Part shown: piece after piece, positions 1 through 9,295 of the stretch
Layout of the letters: every line of letters starts with the position of its first letter
Numbering within the stretch: the stretch's first letter is position 1
Origin: Flavobacteriales bacterium
GTDB taxonomy: Bacteria; Bacteroidota; Bacteroidia; Flavobacteriales; CAJXXR01
Direction of reading: 5' to 3'
DNA length: 64,000 bases
Assembly: GCA_965243605.1 (NCBI GenBank)
Contig: CBDEVQ010000089.1
Span: forward strand, 1,462 to 65,461
Notes under the pieces: generated by a model
Seen by the model: only the letters and a program-made list of their open reading frames with translations
The model's database searches: none
What the model was told of the DNA's origin: nothing
Program-made: the position numbers and the translations under genes

Positions 1-777
1 GCGCTTCTGTAATGCCTTTAGTCTTACAAGCATGCTCTGGGCTTCCATTCTCTTTCTTCGCTGACTTAATAGAAATGCTTGCTGTGATGTTTTGGCTAGT
101 TGCGGACGGGCATCGTAAAGGTATTTTTGAAAGTTGAGTTTGCTCTCTTTGGTAAAGGGTACAAAACGCTCTTTGTTGTTTTTCCCATGTCTAACATGGA
201 TATATGATTTTGAAAAATGGATATCATGGGTATTCAGTTGGTATGCTTCATTTCTTCTGAGACCACAATTATAAAATAGAGAGAGCATGGCTTTATCTCT
301 AAATTCCAAAGCTCTGTTTTTTCTGTCTTGGTTATGTTTTTCTGTTAAGTGGAATAGGTGCTTTATTTCATCTAGGTTTAATATTTCTTTTTCTTTGGTT
401 TCTGATAATTCATTTCTGATCTCCAAACTTGGAAGGGTTAGCTTCGCTGATTTCCGTAGGTATTCACAAAATCGGTTTAAGGCTTGAAGTTGCTTGTTGA
501 GCTGTGCATTGGATACTCCTCTAGATCGATTGTGCTTGTTTTCTCTTACTTGCAGGTGGCTGTAATAATAGTCTCTAATGGATTGCTTAGTGATCTCTTG
601 TAGTTCCTTTTTGTTTTTTGTTTCCAAGTAAAACAAATATTCTTTTATCATTGCTGAGAGGTTGTAGCTTGTTGAATCTGCGTAACCAAGTGTTTTAAGC
701 CACAATTTAAAGTCTCTATTAGCATAGATAAATGCCTTGCTTTTTAGTATATTTGCGGGCCTTCTATTTGTTTTCAT
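1..777 (-). CDS. Tyrosine recombinase/integrase, N-terminal 259 codons (catalytic C-terminal half lies beyond the left edge)
   Basis: Manual minus-strand translation from ATG 777-775 stays open to base 1: MKTNRRPANILKSKAFIYANRDFKLW...AMLSLFYNCGLRRNEAYQLNTHDIHF...HVRHGKNNKERFVPFT. The GLRRNE (Arg I context) and GKxxKERxVP hairpin are typical of the phage-integrase family. Absent from the ORF track because it runs off the edge. Confidence 0.8.
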   Translation of the reverse strand, partial: MKTNRRPANILKSKAFIYANRDFKLWLKTLGYADSTSYNLSAMIKEYLFYLETKNKKELQEITKQSIRDYYYSHLQVRENKHNRSRGVSNAQLNKQLQALNRFCEYLRKSAKLTLPSLEIRNELSETKEKEILNLDEIKHLFHLTEKHNQDRKNRALEFRDKAMLSLFYNCGLRRNEAYQLNTHDIHFSKSYIHVRHGKNNKERFVPFTKESKLNFQKYLYDARPQLAKTSQQAFLLSQRRKRMEAQSMLVRLKALQKR

Positions 778-818
778 AACTCTATGTTTAGTTTGCTTTA
801 TGCGTTTTTTGGGTTCAA

Positions 819-919
819 CTGTCCCACCCTACAAAATCCTTCTTTTACTTTCTATTTAGGCTATACAAGCGGGACACTAGAAGTACTGTCCCACCCACTA
901 ACCTAGTCTGTCCCACGCC
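819..919. repeat. Three direct copies of CTGTCCCAC (819, 886, 908) plus one inverted GGGACAC (871) between the integrase start and the next gene
   Basis: Read directly. These are GC-rich 9-mers in an otherwise AT-rich intergenic region. Confidence 0.6.
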
Positions 920-2501
920 CCACCACCCTCGGTTTATTTTCAATATCTGACTCTGCGTTTATTTTGCTGGTGTACTCTTGTTTATTTATGGCGTAGATAT
1001 AACCTGTATGTTTTTTGCCTGAACATATGACGATGAGTCCATTTTCAAGCAATTCTTTTAGATACCTGTTTAGACTTCTTTTCTGAAATTCAGGCTTATG
1101 CTGTCTGATCTGATAGGCTTGAAATTCTTCTTTATTTTGATCTTGTAACCACTTTTGTAAGAACTGGTAAAACGTTTCTGTGGCTTTGGTTAGTAATCTG
1201 GCTTTGGTTTCTAGCACAGGTTTTAGCAACTCAAAGGCGAGCTCAATGTCTTCTGAGCTTGTTTTAATATATGGATCACAAGGGTTGTTAAATCCATCAA
1301 GAACATAGTGCTCACGTTTAATTTGGTGGAGGTATGTAATGGTTTTTATAAAGTTTAAGACCTGCTCTAAGAGCTTTGTATTTGTTTTGTGCCCTTTAGG
1401 TAATTCAATGTCTATAGCATACGGATTAATGACATTTATGTTTTGAAGTGTGCTTTGTATATGCCGTAATCGTTCCTGTGCTTCTTTTTGTTTTTGAATA
1501 TCTACAAGCCCTGCTGATTCTAGCTTCTTTGCATGATGCCAACTCTGCATCTGTTCTAAGGTGTGCTCTAGATCAATTATCAATACGGGTAACTTTGAAA
1601 GCTTGGGTTTATATTTTGTTTTTGCAATAACATTTAAGTTAATTGGTCCCTCCATCTCTGGGCTCATGGCATACGGAAGTCCAGAGCGATCCTTAAGGGC
1701 AACAATTTTTTTTAAGCGTTTATGAGTGATCAGTTCTGACAAGGGCTGGTATATTTCCTGCTTCTTTCCAAAATCAGACAGGAATAAGGTTTTATGTTTA
1801 AAATCTTCCAGTCCTAGATAATAGAGTGCTTGGGCTGAAATGGAACTTGGGTACATATAGTCTGATGTTGGTATGCATGTTTTGATTACCTCAAAAAGTT
1901 GCTTACTAACATCGGTATCATCCATAAATGCAAGTTGAAGTGGTGAATTTGTTTTTCTCGATGCTAAGCTTAAATACAGAAGCAATGCCTGGTTAAGGTT
2001 ATTATGTACCCCTGCTTGTTTTAGGTCTTCCTTGATGGAGCTTATGATATTTTGTTTTCCCAAATAGCGTTTGGCTTGACGCTCTTCTTTTAAGGATAGT
2101 GTATTTGTTTTAGAAAATTGATTCTTGTTTTCGATTTCAGAAAAACGATAGTCCTCCAATTGCTCTGTAAGAGCGTAAAGTGCGCTTTGGGTTTCTGAAA
2201 AACCTAATTCAAATTTTTGACAGAGTTTATTTAGCAGTTCCTCCATTTGCTCATCCAAGTATAAATCTAGGGATGAGCGAAGTGGAGGCTGCTCTGTATT
2301 GCGTTTAGATATTTTTAAGGTGACAGATAGTGCGTCTAAATTGTCAGTATCAACAGACCCTAAAAGTTGTATCTTAATATATGGCGTTTGCATACAGATC
2401 TGCTGTCTATTTTGTGTATCGAGTATGTACTGGTTTTTTGCCATTTTTATCATTTTTGCAGTTCTCGCAAGGTATATTTCATGTTTGAAACAGGGTAGCA
2501 A
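903..2501 (-). CDS. Hypothetical mobile-element protein (532 aa; a start at MIKMAKNQ, nt 2453, is also possible)
   Basis: Long ORF directly between the integrase and the mobilization genes. I recognise no catalytic motif; a replication/primase-like role is only a positional guess. Confidence 0.6.
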   Translation of the reverse strand: MLPCFKHEIYLARTAKMIKMAKNQYILDTQNRQQICMQTPYIKIQLLGSVDTDNLDALSVTLKISKRNTEQPPLRSSLDLYLDEQMEELLNKLCQKFELGFSETQSALYALTEQLEDYRFSEIENKNQFSKTNTLSLKEERQAKRYLGKQNIISSIKEDLKQAGVHNNLNQALLLYLSLASRKTNSPLQLAFMDDTDVSKQLFEVIKTCIPTSDYMYPSSISAQALYYLGLEDFKHKTLFLSDFGKKQEIYQPLSELITHKRLKKIVALKDRSGLPYAMSPEMEGPINLNVIAKTKYKPKLSKLPVLIIDLEHTLEQMQSWHHAKKLESAGLVDIQKQKEAQERLRHIQSTLQNINVINPYAIDIELPKGHKTNTKLLEQVLNFIKTITYLHQIKREHYVLDGFNNPCDPYIKTSSEDIELAFELLKPVLETKARLLTKATETFYQFLQKWLQDQNKEEFQAYQIRQHKPEFQKRSLNRYLKELLENGLIVICSGKKHTGYIYAINKQEYTSKINAESDIENKPRVVGRGTD

Positions 2502-2528
2502 ATTCTATATTTCCTCCCTATACTTTAG

Positions 2529-2558
2529 CCTTGGATATATAGGTCAGCCCTATATATC
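2529..2558. promoter_or_regulatory. CCTTGGA followed by the perfect palindrome GATATATAGG-TCAGC-CCTATATATC
   Basis: 10-bp perfect arms at 2534-2543 and 2549-2558. Lies between the stop of 2550..2948 and the start of 903..2501. Near-identical to the motif at 21273-21294. Confidence 0.5.
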
Positions 2559-2948
2559 CGTAGGTTTCTTATTATCCTTTTGCTTTATTTTTTCAATATA
2601 AAGATGTGCATCTATGCAGTCCCTTAAATGGCATTCCTCAAATTCAGGATCTACAAACATTGCTGTTTCATCATTCTCCTTCATTTCTTCCAGAATACTC
2701 ATATCGATTGTTTTAAATTCAGCATCAATAAAATCCATAAATGACATAACTACAAAACCATAAGCGGTATAGTTCTCAGGATTGTACTCTGTTAGGTACA
2801 TTTCAATGCTTCCTGTAGATTCTATTAGTTTGACTATTGCAACTGGGTTTAGAGCGCCTCCTTGCGTTCCTGTTTCCTTAAGTCGATCTAAAATCTTAGG
2901 GCTTAAAATGCCCTCTGTTTGTTGTTCTTTCTTGAAATCTTCTTTCAT
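2550..2948 (-). CDS. DUF2958-like protein (paralog 1)
   Basis: MYLTEYNPENYTAYGFVV... parallels the W-Y-ATEYNPE..FYGYV..G.EWGYFSL.ELE pattern of its neighbour. This pattern matches my recollection of DUF2958 proteins on conjugative elements. Confidence 0.55.
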   Translation of the reverse strand: MKEDFKKEQQTEGILSPKILDRLKETGTQGGALNPVAIVKLIESTGSIEMYLTEYNPENYTAYGFVVMSFMDFIDAEFKTIDMSILEEMKENDETAMFVDPEFEECHLRDCIDAHLYIEKIKQKDNKKPTDI

Positions 2949-2995
2949 ATCTTGTAACTTTTAAAAGCGTATTAAGTTTCATTTATAGAGCTGAC

Positions 2996-3391
2996 CTATA
3001 GATCAACATCTACTTCCATAGATGCGGTTGGGTTTTCATTTTCTATACTTTTTCCAATTCCGAGTTCAGGTTGAGAATTTCGTTCTATGGTCATACAACA
3101 TTTAGTAATGGGCATTGGAACAAACCAAAGATCTCGCTCCATTGGTAGCCCATGTACAACGGTGTTTTCTAATTCATGTAAAGAGAAATATCCCCACTCA
3201 TCTCCTCCTGGGCTTAGGTTTTCTACATAGCCATAAAAATTCTTAGACTCAGGATTATATTCTGTTGCGTACCACGTTGCACTTGGATGCAAGGGGTGGA
3301 AAAATTTGGTTACCACAGTCGGATTAGGATTGTCTCTTTGCATTCCTATCTCATTAAACTGTGCTTCAAGCGTCTTTGTCATTAATTTCAT
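2996..3391 (-). CDS. DUF2958-like protein (paralog 2)
   Basis: WYATEYNPESKNFYGYVENLSPGGDEWGYFSLHELEN motif. Confidence 0.6.
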   Translation of the reverse strand: MKLMTKTLEAQFNEIGMQRDNPNPTVVTKFFHPLHPSATWYATEYNPESKNFYGYVENLSPGGDEWGYFSLHELENTVVHGLPMERDLWFVPMPITKCCMTIERNSQPELGIGKSIENENPTASMEVDVDL

Positions 3392-3403
3392 AATATTCTG
3401 TTG

Positions 3404-4198
3404 TTATCGGTTTAGGGTTTGTGTTTTCATTTTTATGATTTGGTTGTTTTTTTCAAGAAGCATATCGTCTGTTATTCCAAGGGTCTTAAACCTAAATTTT
3501 CTGTTTCCAAAATGAACCCCTGTGAGCTTCCCTCTTCTTAGGTACGGTTTAATGTCGTTATGTTTCAAAGTGTGAATAAAACTTTCAATGTTTGGTGAAG
3601 CGTGGAAAATAGATTGGATCGTGTAATAGAGTGTTTCCTTATCTGATACAACATCCGTTCTTATAGATCTTCTTCGTTCGCTTTCTTTTATTCTTGTACG
3701 CTTATCTTTTTCATGCTGAACAAGTGAATGATTAAGTTCAGGGTAGTTCTGCTTTTGAAAATCCTGCATGTCTAATTTAAGTTGTGCAAATTCTTGTTTG
3801 CTTAAACGATTTGATTGCCCCATAAAATCTGTGCTTGCAATAACCAGGTGGACATGAAAATGATCTTTCTCCTGATGGAATACAACCAAAGCCAAGGTTC
3901 GCTTTGCTCTTTGTTTGATATACATCTTACTGATATCAATTAGTTTTTCTTTGTTTATATAAGGGCTTGATTCAGGAGAAAATGATAAAATTTCATGATG
4001 TAAATAGACGGCGTTCTTTCTGTTTATTTTTCGCTTTTTTGAGTTGTTTATAAATTGCTTTTGCCACATCTGCAGCGTATCACCTCTCAGTAATTGTTTG
4101 TGAATAATTTCCGCATTATGGTCATCACTCATTAGGTATTCTAATAAATACTTGAATGATGTTTTTCGCTTATGAGAAATGCTTTTTATAATCATCAC
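3404..4198 (-). CDS. Relaxase/mobilization nuclease (MobA/VirD2 family)
   Basis: The N-terminus MMIIKSISHKRKTSFKYLLEYL and the histidine triad HFHVHLVIAS are typical of relaxases. Sits next to MobC-like and T4CP genes. Confidence 0.85.
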   Translation of the reverse strand: MMIIKSISHKRKTSFKYLLEYLMSDDHNAEIIHKQLLRGDTLQMWQKQFINNSKKRKINRKNAVYLHHEILSFSPESSPYINKEKLIDISKMYIKQRAKRTLALVVFHQEKDHFHVHLVIASTDFMGQSNRLSKQEFAQLKLDMQDFQKQNYPELNHSLVQHEKDKRTRIKESERRRSIRTDVVSDKETLYYTIQSIFHASPNIESFIHTLKHNDIKPYLRRGKLTGVHFGNRKFRFKTLGITDDMLLEKNNQIIKMKTQTLNR

Positions 4199-4606
4199 TT
4201 ATTTACTTTGAAGTTGTCTTAGTAAGACTTCTAATCTTTCGATAATAATGTCTTGAGGTATTGATTCACTTTCTAGTTCGACTATCAAACTCACCAACAA
4301 GAATTCAAGTTCGGTAAGGTCGACGTGATCTAAAGAAATATGTTCCTTTATACACCGACTGATTGGAAGGTTTTTGTCTTGGGCTTTCTTTTTAAACTGA
4401 TTGTATTCCTTCAGAGAAAAGCTTATCGATACGCTTTTATTGTTTTTGGTAAATACCTCCTTTTTGTACGTTTTTCGATAGCATGCCCAATAGTAATCAC
4501 GGGCACTCTGTATGGATTCATGACTGCCATATTCCAAGATATCCAAAGCCTCTAGATACTCATAGATGGAGTCATAGTCTTGTGGTTGCATCTTACTATT
4601 CTCCAT
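4199..4606 (-). CDS. MobC-like relaxosome accessory protein
   Basis: Small protein immediately upstream of the relaxase. SISFSLKEYNQFKKKAQDKNLPISRCIKEHI resembles the RHH-type MobC signature. Its stop abuts the relaxase start. Confidence 0.6.
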   Translation of the reverse strand: MENSKMQPQDYDSIYEYLEALDILEYGSHESIQSARDYYWACYRKTYKKEVFTKNNKSVSISFSLKEYNQFKKKAQDKNLPISRCIKEHISLDHVDLTELEFLLVSLIVELESESIPQDIIIERLEVLLRQLQSK

Positions 4607-6161
4607 ATTTTGGAAATTTAATGTTGATGATCTTTTCTTCTTGTTTTGGATTTTCTTTCTTTTTGAAAGCGGATAGATCCAAGTAAACAGCAGTGTAGTT
4701 AGGTTGTGCTTTTGGATCCTCGTTTTCAGCCTGTGTTTCTCCTTTCATATTTAGAGCATCTACCATCCATTTTTGCTTGTAGTATGGGATTGTTTTCACC
4801 TTAAGTGGTTTTGCTCCACTTGGTATAATCAGAACTTGGTTTTTAGGCATAGTTCGTATTTCATCAGCGGTCATTAATCGACGTGTACGTGTGTGCCCCT
4901 TTTCATCTTCATATTCGTATTCACCAAGAATTTTAGAAAGGTTTTCGCTCTCATCAGTAAGTCCAGTGAAATACACTTTTACCCCTGCGTTGTTTAATAT
5001 CGTTTTGGCATTATAAGCTCCGTAATTCTCAAAAATCTGATTTTCAGACTGTAATACACCCAATATAGGAACCATGAATTTTCTCGCGTTAGAAATGATA
5101 TTTGCAAGGTTTGGCAAATACATCGAGCCCAATTCATCCGCTATGACTGAGATAGGCAAATCATTTTCATTTGGAAGCTCCTTATTAAAAACTGATGAGA
5201 AGAATTGCTCAAAAAATATCGAAATAATCTTTTGGTAATACACAGTATCTCCAAGCGGACATCGAATAAAAAGAGCCGTTTTTTGTGTTCTAAATGAATC
5301 AAAATCGACGGTATCTACACAGGTTAAGTTTTGAAGCTCTTGATCGTTTCCGATAAAACTCAAACTGGCTAAAGCTGAACTTACGATTGAAGCTCTTGTA
5401 TTTTCGCTATTCTTTAAAATTCCTTCTAGTTTTCGCTGTAAGGTTTCAGTAGCTTTTTCTTTAAATAAGGAACGAATCGTTTCTGACTCACTTTGCAGGT
5501 GTTCCAATAAATAATACACGTTGGCTAGATTTCTATAAATCTGAGATTCATTTTGAATAAGATATTCAATGCAAATAGAAATTAATTCTTCGGACTTCAA
5601 TGTCCAAAAATCAGATTTATCATTGGAGGTTCGTACAAGCATGGAGCTTACCTTGGCAATATCAGAGCTTGAGTTAATTCGTTTTAAAGGATTGTAGAAG
5701 AGTGATTTTTCAGGATTACCAAAATCAAGATATTTTACAACAAAACCCTTACTTAGAAGGTAATTTTCACTCTGCGACAATTCACCTGAATTATCGTTAA
5801 CAATCATCGAATTTTGGCAACGAAATATACTAGGAAAAATTATTGTAGTAGATTTACCGACACCACTAGGGGCTACACATATAACATTTTCTTGGCTTCT
5901 TTTAAGCGTCAAGGCTCTTTTTCCATCCAAAATATATCCCAGATGCTTCTTACGAATCAGCTTATGAGCCTTTCCAAACCCAGCCTCTAATTTATCTGAT
6001 TTGGTCATTAAGTAATCGCCTATATTTTCTAAAGTAATTTCTATCTGTTCACCTAAACTCACCAGTATTTCATATCCTGCTTCACAAATAGGCTGTGTTG
6101 CTTTGTATGCTTTTTTAAGCTTGGCTTTTGCAAAACGATAGTATATTTGTAACTTCTTCAT
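4596..6161 (-). CDS. Type IV coupling protein (TraG/VirD4 family)
   Basis: Walker A VCVAPSGVGKSTTIIFPS, Walker B-like VIADELGSM, and size and position next to the relaxase. Confidence 0.85.
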   Translation of the reverse strand: MKKLQIYYRFAKAKLKKAYKATQPICEAGYEILVSLGEQIEITLENIGDYLMTKSDKLEAGFGKAHKLIRKKHLGYILDGKRALTLKRSQENVICVAPSGVGKSTTIIFPSIFRCQNSMIVNDNSGELSQSENYLLSKGFVVKYLDFGNPEKSLFYNPLKRINSSSDIAKVSSMLVRTSNDKSDFWTLKSEELISICIEYLIQNESQIYRNLANVYYLLEHLQSESETIRSLFKEKATETLQRKLEGILKNSENTRASIVSSALASLSFIGNDQELQNLTCVDTVDFDSFRTQKTALFIRCPLGDTVYYQKIISIFFEQFFSSVFNKELPNENDLPISVIADELGSMYLPNLANIISNARKFMVPILGVLQSENQIFENYGAYNAKTILNNAGVKVYFTGLTDESENLSKILGEYEYEDEKGHTRTRRLMTADEIRTMPKNQVLIIPSGAKPLKVKTIPYYKQKWMVDALNMKGETQAENEDPKAQPNYTAVYLDLSAFKKKENPKQEEKIINIKFPKYGE

Positions 6162-6307
6162 TTCTTACTTTTTAATTGTTCATTTAAGATGTCGTTTAGA
6201 CTCGAGAATAAGCCTTCAACCAGCTTACTGATAGCAAATACTCCTAGAAGGAGTATTTGCATGAATAACTTGAAGACGGCTTTTATTATTCCTAAAATGG
6301 TATCCAT
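6158..6307 (-). CDS. Possible 49-aa hydrophobic peptide translationally coupled to the T4CP gene
   Basis: Manual translation MDTILGIIKAVFKLFMQILLLGVFAISKLVEGLFSSLNDILNEQLKSKK. Its TGA overlaps the T4CP ATG (ATGA). Below the ORF-track size cutoff. Confidence 0.35.
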   Translation of the reverse strand: MDTILGIIKAVFKLFMQILLLGVFAISKLVEGLFSSLNDILNEQLKSKK

Positions 6308-6310
6308 AAC

Positions 6311-6997
6311 TTAAGATGTTAAAGGGTTAATATTTCCGATCAAAACTTCATAGCCTTTAGGTTCTAGAAGTGATTTATAGAGCTGAATCATAAATTGAAA
6401 TTCCATACCTGAATCGTAATCTTCTATTTTATGGTAGAGATAGATTTTTGCTTTTCCTTCTTTAAGCTTTATCTGCTCAAAAGCCGATCGTATCTCCTGA
6501 TAATTTCGCCTTAATTCAAGAATGTTTTTGTATTGGTATAAATTGATAAAGCTGTTTTCTTTTAAATCCGAAAACAAATGAATTTCATCGGCTTTAGCAT
6601 GGTTTAGATGATCCACCAAAACGGGATACAGTATCGATTTTGAACTTTCATTTCCAGCGGAGTCTGGATGAATGAGTTGATTTTGCATTTCTTCAATAAA
6701 GACCTTTAACTTTTGCTTATTTTCAACCTCATTAGAAAACACACCACTTGTGCCATCGTAGTTAATCGTGTTTATTCCATGGTATGGAACATCATCTAGT
6801 ACTTCATGTGAGATCATGATCTTTGAGTACCTAGACCATGGTTTTAATTGCTCCAACCAATCGGCTGTTGGCTCTATTGTAAATTCATCCGACTCATCGT
6901 CTAAAATGTAGACATAAACATTTTTTTGATCTGTAGAGGTCTGCTCATTACATCCCGTAATAAGCAGTGACATGATTAGTAGAAGTATTCTATACAT
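6311..6997 (-). CDS. Lipoprotein, unknown function
   Basis: Signal peptide with lipobox LLITGC. Confidence 0.6.
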   Translation of the reverse strand: MYRILLLIMSLLITGCNEQTSTDQKNVYVYILDDESDEFTIEPTADWLEQLKPWSRYSKIMISHEVLDDVPYHGINTINYDGTSGVFSNEVENKQKLKVFIEEMQNQLIHPDSAGNESSKSILYPVLVDHLNHAKADEIHLFSDLKENSFINLYQYKNILELRRNYQEIRSAFEQIKLKEGKAKIYLYHKIEDYDSGMEFQFMIQLYKSLLEPKGYEVLIGNINPLTS

Positions 6998-7940
6998 AAT
7001 CTTCGATATTAGTTGTTAGGTACTGTCTGTTTAAGTTTGGAATTTCAGGGGTGTCCAGCTTATTTCCTGTCTGAAGTTGATAATCCAACAAAGCGGTTTG
7101 AACCGTTTCCAAATACAAACCTTCAATATGAATTTCTTGTTCATGGATGTAAACCAATAAACTACTGAGCAAGGTCTCCTTCTCGGAAAGTTCTTTTGGG
7201 ATGGATTTTAACTCCTTATCAATTTCTTTTAAGCGACTTAAACTTTCCTCGAGTTTTTCGGAATTGGTAATGTTTTTTAAGTATTTCTTTCGTTGATCTT
7301 CCGTTGGTGAATAGTAACTCGATAACAAGGCAGCTACGATGAAGTACATTAAATTTATCACCATAAAATGCATGGTTGATATTCCATAAGCATTTTGATC
7401 ATTCATGGCTGTAAAATAGACCATGCGTAGGCTACCGATAAAATAAAAAACAATAGTCATGACAAGAATCGAAGCCAACCATAATAAAATATGCTGAAGT
7501 ATATTGTTGGCATATTTTTTCACAATTTTTGATATAAAATGACTGCAAAACAAGAAACAAATACCTAGCCCAGCTGACATGATCGTAGCAACAGCAAGGT
7601 TTGAAGAGACAATTTGAAAGGAGCGTACATTAAACCCTGTTTCTGTTAACAGGAGTACAGCAATGACCAAAACAACTGCTTTCCAACGCTTCATAACATG
7701 AGTTAGATAACTGAAGTCGTCTTTCTCATTGTTTAATTGATGTTTTCGTACTTTTTCGTTTAGAGATTTTTGTTCCTGTTTAAGTCTTTGGATTCTATCC
7801 TCAGATTCAGTCTTTAATTGAAGGTATTCCTTCAATTGTTGCGTCCATTGAATCGATTTACTTAATCCTGAGATTACAGGATTTGAAAGTATTGCAAAGC
7901 ACATATTTGAAAATGAAAAATGTAGTATTAAAGCATTCAT
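6990..7940 (-). CDS. Membrane protein with coiled-coil segments
   Basis: Several hydrophobic helices flanked by charged heptad-like stretches. Overlaps the downstream gene by 8 nt. Confidence 0.55.
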   Translation of the reverse strand: MNALILHFSFSNMCFAILSNPVISGLSKSIQWTQQLKEYLQLKTESEDRIQRLKQEQKSLNEKVRKHQLNNEKDDFSYLTHVMKRWKAVVLVIAVLLLTETGFNVRSFQIVSSNLAVATIMSAGLGICFLFCSHFISKIVKKYANNILQHILLWLASILVMTIVFYFIGSLRMVYFTAMNDQNAYGISTMHFMVINLMYFIVAALLSSYYSPTEDQRKKYLKNITNSEKLEESLSRLKEIDKELKSIPKELSEKETLLSSLLVYIHEQEIHIEGLYLETVQTALLDYQLQTGNKLDTPEIPNLNRQYLTTNIEDYV

Positions 7941-8241
7941 ATCGATAATTTATTTTATTATAGAATCAAATAAGAATAGGAACTATTTAAAACAACTATT
8001 CGAGAACGTAACTTTTAATGATTTAAGTAATCCTGATCTAATAAAAGTTTTTGATTTCATTGTCATTCTGTTCTATACAAAATATAACCAAGAACTTATA
8101 CCCGAAATTAATTATGATCAAAAAAAAATCATAATACCAGATTCAAAAATTAATTTACTCAAACCCAATACCCCAAAAAAAATATCAGATTTTGATTATC
8201 AAGTATATTGGAATAGTATCATCAAACTATTAGAAAAAAAA

Positions 8242-9288
8242 TTGTATCAAAAAGTTTTACAATCTATTTCTTTTTTAGACTTTAATAATTTAAATGAAAA
8301 TCAAATTAAAAATTTAGTTAAAGTTAAAATATATGTTTACCATCGTCTTTTTAACTACCCAGCTGTTAAGTTAGCAATACATGAAACTCCTACTGTTCTA
8401 AGTGAATCTGAAAGAATTATTCTTTATATAGGTACAATACGTTACATACCTAATATCAAACACGAAGAATTTAATGAAATGATGAAATTATGTAACAAAA
8501 AACTAAAACAAACTAAAACAGTATTTTGGACCACTGCATATCTAATTCTTGAGTGTTTATACTTTTATAAAACAAACCCTAGTGATCCCTACAATAAGAA
8601 ACTACAAAATATATTCAAATATCATTTAAGTTTTGAGGATGAAAAATCAAACTTAGAAATATTAAATTCTGTATTTAGTTATCTTTACATCTACAATAAT
8701 CAAAAAAGAGCAGTTATAAAAGATGAAATAATAGCTACATCTAAAACACAAGTGTATTTCTTTTACATTCTGGGTGCTTACACATTAAATAGTTTTTCAA
8801 ATTTATTTAATGATAAAGATCCGACATTAGACTTAATCAAGCTTATGGGGGTTTTTAAAATGAAACATATTGACAGAAAATATTTATTTGAAGCTAATGA
8901 ACTGATTAATAAAATTACACTTAAATTTCCTAATTCTTCTGAAGCTCACTATCACAAATACTTTATATCTGATCATATAAAGAATGATAATGATAATGTA
9001 CTACATCTTGATAAATGTATTGAGCTTTCTAATAGATGGGAATATAAATATTCTAAATTAAGTCATTTTAAAAATAGTTTCTCAAATCATGAATTTACAT
9101 TGTTACAAAGGAAATATGCAACTGAGTGTACAAACTACAATAATTGGAGTAAGTATAAGTTATATGGTATACCCACATATTACAAACTCTTTTCTAACCT
9201 TGATTACACACTATTAGAAAATAATGAATTTGAATTGGGCACTAAAAGTTATAAAACCCTAATTATTGTAAAAAGAAGAGAGCTATAA
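8242..9288 (+). CDS. Hypothetical protein, probably 5'-truncated
   Basis: The ORF begins at TTG. The same frame is open back to 7852 with protein-like sequence but no ATG/GTG/TTG. Extremely AT-rich. Confidence 0.45.
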   Translation: MYQKVLQSISFLDFNNLNENQIKNLVKVKIYVYHRLFNYPAVKLAIHETPTVLSESERIILYIGTIRYIPNIKHEEFNEMMKLCNKKLKQTKTVFWTTAYLILECLYFYKTNPSDPYNKKLQNIFKYHLSFEDEKSNLEILNSVFSYLYIYNNQKRAVIKDEIIATSKTQVYFFYILGAYTLNSFSNLFNDKDPTLDLIKLMGVFKMKHIDRKYLFEANELINKITLKFPNSSEAHYHKYFISDHIKNDNDNVLHLDKCIELSNRWEYKYSKLSHFKNSFSNHEFTLLQRKYATECTNYNNWSKYKLYGIPTYYKLFSNLDYTLLENNEFELGTKSYKTLIIVKRREL

Positions 9289-9295
9289 GCTCTCT

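Noticed and set aside
287-487. 66-aa plus-strand ORF
   Set aside because: Antisense to the clearly coding integrase frame; low-complexity translation.
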